From: a virus
Taxonomy: Duplodnaviria > Caudoviricetes
Virus record (IMG/VR): IMGVR_UViG_3300031112_000372
Coordinates: 2,665-66,664 of that record
DNA length: 64,000 nucleotides
Reading direction: 5' to 3' (one strand)
Part shown: piece after piece, positions 57,579 to 64,000 of the stretch
Numbering within the stretch: position 1 is the stretch's first letter
Layout of the letters: every line of letters starts with the position of its first letter
The notes under the pieces: generated by a model
What the model was told of the DNA's origin: nothing
Databases searched by the model: none
The model's input: only the letters and a program-made list of their open reading frames with translations
Position numbers and translations under genes: made by a program

Positions 57579-58245
57579 ATTTAAGCTCTACTCAATCGAG
57601 TCTATATACTCATTAGATGAATTATTTTCAAAAATTGTTGAGTCAAGCAATAGCTTAGACTCTTCATATGAAATTCAGCCACTTAAAAATCGCTCTAATA
57701 TTCTTGCTTTTAAATTTATTGAAAGAAAAATATTAGAAACATCTTTATTAGATAAAGATGGAATAGAGCAATTTATTCAATATTTACATATAGATAACTT
57801 TGATTTTTATATTGAAAAAAAATCTACAAAATATTATTTACTATTAAAAAACCCTCCAAGAAGCTTAAAATTCTTTAAACAAACACTTGCAGATATTTTA
57901 GATTACAAAATTGCAATTATTGATATCAAAATTGATCCATTAGGATGGTTACAAAATTTAGAGCACAATTATGATTCAATTTTTTCAGTAGTATCTATTG
58001 AAGTAAAAGATATTATTTTTAATTCAAAAACAAATGGTTCTTTAACTCTTAAAAGCTCAGTTGATTTACGTTCAAATTATCAAGCTTTAATAAACTCAAA
58101 TAACTATAAAGTTTATAAAATTCTTATAAATAATGAGAGTTACTTTAAAGGAAAGTTCATTCTATGTCAGGATGCTTCTTTGCAATTCGATTGTATAAAT
58201 TCGAATAATTTAATTAATCTTCTTTTAGACTACATTCCTAATTAA
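57571..58245 (+). CDS. Hypothetical protein, gene 3 of the cassette
   Basis: 224 aa, 8-bp overlap with gene 2. Confidence 0.7.
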   Translation: MDKFKLYSIESIYSLDELFSKIVESSNSLDSSYEIQPLKNRSNILAFKFIERKILETSLLDKDGIEQFIQYLHIDNFDFYIEKKSTKYYLLLKNPPRSLKFFKQTLADILDYKIAIIDIKIDPLGWLQNLEHNYDSIFSVVSIEVKDIIFNSKTNGSLTLKSSVDLRSNYQALINSNNYKVYKILINNESYFKGKFILCQDASLQFDCINSNNLINLLLDYIPN

Positions 58246-58254
58246 GTCAAAATA

Positions 58255-58296
58255 TTAGGCATACCTATTGACTTATTAATTAGGCATGCCTAATAT
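58255..58296 (+). promoter_or_regulatory. pL-like promoter with two repressor operators (OL-like)
   Basis: TTAGGCATACCTAT 58255-58268 and TTAGGCATGCCTAA 58280-58293; TTGACT-17 bp-TAATAT. Confidence 0.8.
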
Positions 58297-58368
58297 TTAT
58301 CTCGTAGACAATAAAAAAGCACCCCTGCCTTCGAACTCATGGGTGCTTTGCATAACTGCGAGATAAGT

Positions 58369-58557
58369 ATGAAACAAAACCCTATTCCTAGTCAAACCAC
58401 ATCACGCCTATATCAACATCCAACTGTTGAAGAACAGCGTCCTTCTCGTTTCGCGACCATTAAAGCGAATGTCATCGATTTTCTTATATTCATTGCCCTT
58501 TCATTCGTTCTTTGGGTGATTGCTGTAGCCGCTGCATCTTGGATGATGGGAGGCTAA
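58369..58557 (+). CDS. Small early protein with a C-terminal TM helix
   Basis: Likely start MKQNP at 58369; hydrophobic C-terminus. Confidence 0.7.
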   Translation: MKQNPIPSQTTSRLYQHPTVEEQRPSRFATIKANVIDFLIFIALSFVLWVIAVAAASWMMGG

Positions 58558-58559
58558 TC

Positions 58560-58889
58560 ATGAATGCTCAATTCAAACCACACCCAGAAGGTTTTAAAGC
58601 TTATATGGGCCATGACCGCTTAACAGGTCTTTACTCTGTACGTATCGGCTGGACTGTATATGCAGCTAATGCAAACGGTAGTGTTCTGTACACGGTAAAA
58701 GGTGAAGTGAAGACTCCTTTAAATGTAGAAGAGTTTAAGACGAAACGCCCTAAGGTTTACGCATCCTTAATGAATGAAATTAACTTCCAGCGTAAAAAAG
58801 CTTTAGCAACTGCACTGCAACTTAGCAACATCCCTTCATATGACCGCAAAGCTTATAAGAAAAAGCGAGGCTTTACGGGTTCAAAATAA
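58560..58889 (+). CDS. Hypothetical early phage protein
   Basis: Likely start MNAQF at 58560 after GGAGG. Confidence 0.75.
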   Translation: MNAQFKPHPEGFKAYMGHDRLTGLYSVRIGWTVYAANANGSVLYTVKGEVKTPLNVEEFKTKRPKVYASLMNEINFQRKKALATALQLSNIPSYDRKAYKKKRGFTGSK

Positions 58890-58900
58890 GGATAAGAAAA

Positions 58901-60019
58901 ATGGCTCTACCTATTATTACTGCTGACCAAACATTATTAGTTCAAGCAATTATTGTGTATCTCTATGCTGATCCTGGCTTAGGTAAAACTTCGATAGGTT
59001 TTACTGCAGATAAAGCAATTTCGTTCGACTTTGACCGTGGTGCTCACCGTACTGGTGAATTGCGTCGCGGTGCCGTTGTACAGGTTCAGCAATGGAGTGA
59101 TGCAGCAAACCTAACACCACAGGATTTAGCACCTTATAACACTGTAGTTATCGACACTGTAGGCGCGATGCTTGAGTGCATTAAAACCCACTTATTGCTC
59201 ACGGCTAATAACCGTCAAAAAGATGGCTCTTTAAAGTTAAAAGCTCAAGGGTTAGCTAACCAAACATTTAAGCAGTACATCAATACATTAATCAGTCTTG
59301 GTAAAGATGTTGTTTTCATTGCTCATGCTTCTGAAGATCAAAACGGTGATCAAATAATTTATCGTCCAGATCTGGGCGGTAAAAACCGTAATGAGCTTTA
59401 CCGTATAGCCGACATCATGGGTTATCTAACTACTGTAACCACAGGTGAAGGTAAAAACGCCCGTGTTATCAGTTTCAAACCATCCCCAACACACCATGCG
59501 AAAAACTCAGGTGCATTAGGTGGTGAAACTGGCGAAGTATGGGTTCCTGATCTTAAATCTAATCCAACTTTCTTAGCTGATCTTATTACTCAAGCTAAAG
59601 ATCACATCAACACTTTAACGCCAGCACAACTTGCAGCAGCTAAAGCTCAAGAAGAGCTAGAAAACTGGAAACAAAGCTGTGAAGAGGCTGAACATGCAGG
59701 TGATCTAAATCAATTAACTGAATCGCTTGATAAAGAACACATGTATTACCAGAACATGCGTCAAACAATGTTAATGCGTGCTAAGGCATTGAACTGCCAA
59801 TATGACAAAGAAAGAAACACATGGATTAGTCCACCCGAATTTAATGGGATTAGTGATAAGCAACGTGATCAATTACAAGCTTTTATAGATGAGCGTGGTT
59901 TAGACGTTAAAACCGTGTGTGAATACTTAGGAATAGACTCACTCATGCAAATCGAGGTAGTCAAACTACAAGCCGTTCAAGTTGAAATTGAAAAGCTTGC
60001 TAAGGGAGAAATTGCCTAA
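58901..60019 (+). CDS. AAA_24 / Sak4-like recombination ATPase
   Basis: YADPGLGKTS Walker A, VVIDT Walker B, VVFIAH motif. Confidence 0.8.
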   Translation: MALPIITADQTLLVQAIIVYLYADPGLGKTSIGFTADKAISFDFDRGAHRTGELRRGAVVQVQQWSDAANLTPQDLAPYNTVVIDTVGAMLECIKTHLLLTANNRQKDGSLKLKAQGLANQTFKQYINTLISLGKDVVFIAHASEDQNGDQIIYRPDLGGKNRNELYRIADIMGYLTTVTTGEGKNARVISFKPSPTHHAKNSGALGGETGEVWVPDLKSNPTFLADLITQAKDHINTLTPAQLAAAKAQEELENWKQSCEEAEHAGDLNQLTESLDKEHMYYQNMRQTMLMRAKALNCQYDKERNTWISPPEFNGISDKQRDQLQAFIDERGLDVKTVCEYLGIDSLMQIEVVKLQAVQVEIEKLAKGEIA

Positions 60020-60162
60020 TGAGCTTCCGTTACTCATCGTTAGCCCGAACATTGATTGTGTTCGGCAACCTGATGAATCATTACTACGACAATGTAAACC
60101 CGTCTCAAATCGACAACTTGGTTGATGAGGCGAAATTTAAAGAAGCGACTTGGAGAAAGTAA
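60019..60162 (+). CDS. Unannotated 47-aa protein
   Basis: MSFRYSSLARTLIVFGNLMNHYYDNVNPSQIDNLVDEAKFKEATWRK*; TAATG-coupled to the ATPase gene. Confidence 0.65.
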   Translation: MSFRYSSLARTLIVFGNLMNHYYDNVNPSQIDNLVDEAKFKEATWRK

Positions 60163-60270
60163 AAACAATTTTAGAGCTGCAATGTTCTACATGAGTGACT
60201 GTATTGCTGACCCTCTGCAGTCACTCTTGAGAACATTGCAGTATTTAGGGGTAATTAGATAGGTAAAGGT

Positions 60271-60567
60271 ATGGGAAAATATATAGTCGTTGTTGAAGCA
60301 GAAAAACCACCTCAGGTATTCATTCATGAGATCATCCCTAATGTTGGGAAAGTCATTGAAATGAAAGCTGAGGAAATACCTAACCGTGTTACTGCAGCAT
60401 GGTTAATGGATCGCTATAGCCTGTCCCGTAAATTGATTATTGATGAGCTTCGTCCATTCAATAAAGGGACTGATGGTAAACATCTTTATGATCCGAATGA
60501 AGTTATTCCTATCCTTGAAAACTTGAATATTCAAAGACAGCAACGGCAGTCTAGACGGAAGAATTAA
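60271..60567 (+). CDS. Putative excisionase / DNA-binding protein
   Basis: VTAAWLMDRYSLSRKLI...KHLYDPNEV winged-helix-like segment; last early-left gene. Confidence 0.5.
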   Translation: MGKYIVVVEAEKPPQVFIHEIIPNVGKVIEMKAEEIPNRVTAAWLMDRYSLSRKLIIDELRPFNKGTDGKHLYDPNEVIPILENLNIQRQQRQSRRKN

Positions 60568-60876
60568 TATGGGGCTTCTGCCCCTTTATTATTTTTTATA
60601 AAAATATATTCCACCAAAAATTCCAAGTTTAAATAAATAAAATCACAAATTTAAAAACAATGTTTTTATTAAAGTTATTCAATGTAAAAACCACTTATAA
60701 ATTAATTTATTTACAATTTTATAATGATTTTATTTTTATATTTATATTAACCACTTAACATATCAATTCTTATATTTTATCAATTGGTAAAATATTTAGT
60801 TACACGCTTTAATATTTTATAAAAAAACTATATGTTAGGTTTTAGACTCATAATTGATTCCATTGTGAGATAAAAA

Positions 60877-62310
60877 ATGTCATCTAAATACAAGAAATTT
60901 AAATTAAAAACCCTTTCAACCACCTTATTTATTGCATTTACTTCGACTGGTGTATTTGCAGCAGATAGTAATTCAAATCAACAAAAACCTGTAATGAATG
61001 TCGCTGAGACATTAGCATTTGATGCAAAACACTATGCAGCATCTTATGGAGTTACATTAGACGAAGCTATGCGAAGATTACTTATTATGCATGGTACAGA
61101 TAATCAAGTAGCAGGTTTAAGTGATAAATATAAAAATGTTATTTCTGGTCTATATTTTGATAATGGACCTGACTTCGGATTAAAAGTAAAAGTTGTTGGA
61201 AATAATAATTCTCAACAAGCTTTTAAATTAGAAAGAAAACCAGATGCATCAATTAAACTTTTAAAAAATAAAAATGTTCAAGAACGTATTCAAGTTAGAA
61301 AGCTGGCAAATTTAACTGAAACTGAAGTGGAATCAGCATATAGAGCTATTGAGCGCGGTGTAAGTGCCCCTATTACCCTTATACAAGGAGCTTCAAATAC
61401 TAAGCAACAACGAGTAAATCATCTTAATAAATCATTTGCTGCTGTTAAAAAGGCGTACCCTACAGTTGAAATGATTTTAGATAATGAGCAGACAGGAAAT
61501 GCCTTAGTCTATGTGAAATCTCTAAAACAAGTTGATAAACAAGCTCTCGAAAGACTACTCAACGTCAAAGTAGATTTATCAGAAATTCCTACTGGTATTC
61601 GCCCTACTAAAACACGTGGTGGATCTTGGTTAGTAACGAATTCAGGTGGTAACTACTGTATGACTGGTTTTACTGCAAAAAGGATCTCAACTGGTGAACT
61701 CGGTGTTATAACTGCAGGCCACTGTATAGATCCAAATGTTCCTTTGAATTATAAAGATAAAGATGGAACTCAATATGCTATTTCACCAGTAGCAGGTATG
61801 TATCGTGACGATACTGGAATGGATCTAGCTTTCATGAAAGCTGGAACGACTACTACTCAACAAGCTGTACCAGAGTTTTATGCGGATGCTACATCACCAG
61901 CTCGAGCATTAACAGGTAAACGAAATCGAACAAGTACTGCAGTAAAAAGTGGAACAGTTAAAGGATCTTATGTTTGTCACCTTGGACAAACTTCACCAAC
62001 AAATCCAGCATTGATGCAAAGCTGTGGTGAAGTAATATCAATTACTGGTGCGAATCATCATCCAGGTGGAAACACTTATGTAGTTGTTACCAATACCCAA
62101 AGTGGAGCTGGCACTAATCATACATCTGGCTTAGGTACTTTGCGTTGTGTGCGAGGTGACAGTGGCGGCCCATGGTTTGCTTTAAATGTAGCATTTGGTA
62201 TTCAGTCAGCATGCTCATGGAAAGATACTGGCGAAACAATCACAAATACAGTCATTTATACCAGCGTAGATTACTTGGCTGATATAGGAGCTCAACTTGT
62301 ATATCAATAA
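60877..62310 (+). CDS. Secreted chymotrypsin-fold (S1) serine protease with prodomain, alpha-lytic protease-like
   Basis: Signal peptide; CMTGF, TAGHC, DLA and GDSGG catalytic-triad motifs. Confidence 0.88.
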   Translation: MSSKYKKFKLKTLSTTLFIAFTSTGVFAADSNSNQQKPVMNVAETLAFDAKHYAASYGVTLDEAMRRLLIMHGTDNQVAGLSDKYKNVISGLYFDNGPDFGLKVKVVGNNNSQQAFKLERKPDASIKLLKNKNVQERIQVRKLANLTETEVESAYRAIERGVSAPITLIQGASNTKQQRVNHLNKSFAAVKKAYPTVEMILDNEQTGNALVYVKSLKQVDKQALERLLNVKVDLSEIPTGIRPTKTRGGSWLVTNSGGNYCMTGFTAKRISTGELGVITAGHCIDPNVPLNYKDKDGTQYAISPVAGMYRDDTGMDLAFMKAGTTTTQQAVPEFYADATSPARALTGKRNRTSTAVKSGTVKGSYVCHLGQTSPTNPALMQSCGEVISITGANHHPGGNTYVVVTNTQSGAGTNHTSGLGTLRCVRGDSGGPWFALNVAFGIQSACSWKDTGETITNTVIYTSVDYLADIGAQLVYQ

Positions 62311-62692
62311 AATATTATTAGCGGTTGCTTCGTTAGGACTACTTGCTGCATGTCAGCAGCAAGTACCCAGTAAGCAAGAAAATAAAGATCAACTTAACTC
62401 AGTAAAAATTCCTGTTTATCAATTCAATGGTATTTCTGCTTCTGCACGATTAAGAGGACCATTACAACTTAAGGATGAGTGTCTATATGTGAATGACATT
62501 TTAGTTGTATTTCCTGAACGATCTACAGAATGGAATAGCAAAAATCAGACTTTAACTTATAAAGGTAAAAAAATTGCCTTAGGTGAAGAATTGGACATAG
62601 CTGGTGGTTTTGGTCAGTTTGAACGAGATAGCCAGCGAATTCAAAACTTAAGTACTTTATGTGATCATAAAAGTATTTGGTTTGCTGGATAA
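62297..62692 (+). CDS. Lipoprotein partner of the protease
   Basis: Lipobox LAAC; TTG start overlapping the protease stop; two Cys in the mature part. Confidence 0.7.
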   Translation: MYINKILLAVASLGLLAACQQQVPSKQENKDQLNSVKIPVYQFNGISASARLRGPLQLKDECLYVNDILVVFPERSTEWNSKNQTLTYKGKKIALGEELDIAGGFGQFERDSQRIQNLSTLCDHKSIWFAG

Positions 62693-62811
62693 CTTAACAT
62701 CTACTAAAAGTGTATTTCATTAATTGAAATGCACTTTTCTTTTATATAGTAATTGTTAAACTAATTAATCTTCAAATCGCTTAATATCTCAGCTTTAATT
62801 GTAAAAAATTA

Positions 62812-62832
62812 TTCGACACCACTTCGACACCA
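62812..62832 (+). repeat. Tandem 10-bp direct repeat TTCGACACCA, probable integrase arm-type sites
   Basis: Copies at 62812-62821 and 62823-62832, 36 bp before the att core. Confidence 0.6.
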
Positions 62833-62868
62833 TCAAAATATAACTCATTGTTATTCAATATTAATTAT

Positions 62869-62917
<49 letters not shown>

Positions 62918-62924
62918 AAATTCA

Positions 62925-62962
62925 AAAACCACTTTATTCGAAAGAATTAGGTGGTTTTTTTA
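62925..62962 (+). terminator. Terminator downstream of the tRNA fragment
   Basis: AAAAACCAC...GTGGTTTTTT hairpin plus U-tract. Confidence 0.7.
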
Positions 62963-63484
62963 TTGTCTATTGGTTAGTTTGAGCTAATTAAAATTCATAT
63001 CAAAGAAATCCTTTATATTCTGTTGCAACACTACCCTCTTTGTTCGCTAAGTTTCCTATATTAATTTCAGTATAAGATGAGTCTTATATAATTTATTAGT
63101 AGGTGAAAATATGGGACTACAACAGAATTTGTTCCAACTGCATTAATCTTAAAGTTGATAAAATAGTTATAGTTTAAATATTGTTTAAAATTGGATGTTT
63201 TCAGAACTTCTATCAAATGTTAAAGTATGTAAAACCTGACTTTCAAATAAGTGATTTAAAACAGGTAATTTGGTTATCGTTGTATCTGACAGGAAAAATA
63301 GAAGTAATTTTTAAGAAATTAAACGTAGAGATCACTGTCTGTATTTAGAATACTTTAGCCCTAAATAGTATAAAAAATTAGTCTTCTAAGTGAAGACTGT
63401 AAATTAATAGGAAAAGTTGTTGGTTTATATGAGAGGTCTAATTAGAAAAAGTCAAACCATATATTTATAAAGGAATAAAATGTA

Positions 63485-64000
63485 ATGCTGGGCGCCTTAC
63501 TAGATATGCAAAATGATCGCTCTGTTAATGGAAAAATAATTTATCCCTCGCTTTTACCTGCAGGTGTCCATAAAATTAAGCTCCATCAATTTGAAGAAAC
63601 ATTTCTTAATCACTTCGATGAAAAAAGAACCAGAGCTTATCTTTGCAATCGGTTTAGAGAACTTTTAGATGAGCTTAGAAAGTTTAAAATTAATATGATC
63701 ATTTGGGTTGATGGTTCTTTCTGTTCATTAAAGCCTCATCCAGATGATATAGATATCGTAATTTTTTTAGATGAGTCTGAAATCAATGGAATGCAGAAAG
63801 CAGAGTCAGATAAACTTTTTGTTTTTCTAGAGAAAAGAGATGTAATCAAAGCTAGATATAGATGCGATCTGTTTTTCGAGAAGTTAAATGACGTAAAACA
63901 GTATTACTATTGGAAAGGATTATTCAGCTTTAACCAATTGAATGAAGCAAAAGGATTTATACAAATTAAGGTAGAAGCGAATGAATATCCAATCTCTTGA
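63485..64000 (+). CDS. DUF6932-like protein, Pol-beta-type nucleotidyltransferase motif; outside the prophage
   Basis: WVDGSF...PDDIDIV motif; a following ORF appears to start at ATG 63981. Confidence 0.7.
   Translation: MLGALLDMQNDRSVNGKIIYPSLLPAGVHKIKLHQFEETFLNHFDEKRTRAYLCNRFRELLDELRKFKINMIIWVDGSFCSLKPHPDDIDIVIFLDESEINGMQKAESDKLFVFLEKRDVIKARYRCDLFFEKLNDVKQYYYWKGLFSFNQLNEAKGFIQIKVEANEYPIS

Noticed and set aside
58228-58241. Third OL-like operator
   Set aside because: Only the CCTAA half-site matches and the spacing differs from the other operators.

Overview
Positions 1 to about 62917 are a lambdoid (siphovirus-type) temperate prophage of Acinetobacter type, integrated in a tRNA-Gly(GCC) gene. 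The 3' tRNA fragment (attR) is at 62869-62917; the left end and any integrase lie outside the window. The late operon is on the minus strand: terminase, portal, head, tail, tape measure, J-like tip, holin and GH108 endolysin. Replication, cII/cro/cI, operators and a Sak4-like ATPase are at 51.4-60.6 kb. The core is interrupted by many AT-rich cargo genes. The best candidates for undescribed biology are: (1) a 2-TM peptide and an adjacent LPO_1073-like protein that share a gapless 24-aa motif (C-terminus of one, N-terminus of the other), the layout of amyloid-type signalling pairs; (2) a dCTP-deaminase-fold protein with substituted catalytic residues fused to TM helices, paired with a HIGH-motif nucleotidyltransferase, a possible signal-synthase/sensor-pore defence system; (3) two unannotated hydrophobic peptides with a shared leader and identically placed antisense promoter/terminator (type I TA-like); (4) a three-gene nuclease operon in the rexAB position; (5) a ~10.6 kb restriction-modification/defence island between the Q-like gene and the late promoter. 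Family names are recalled from motifs, not from database searches.
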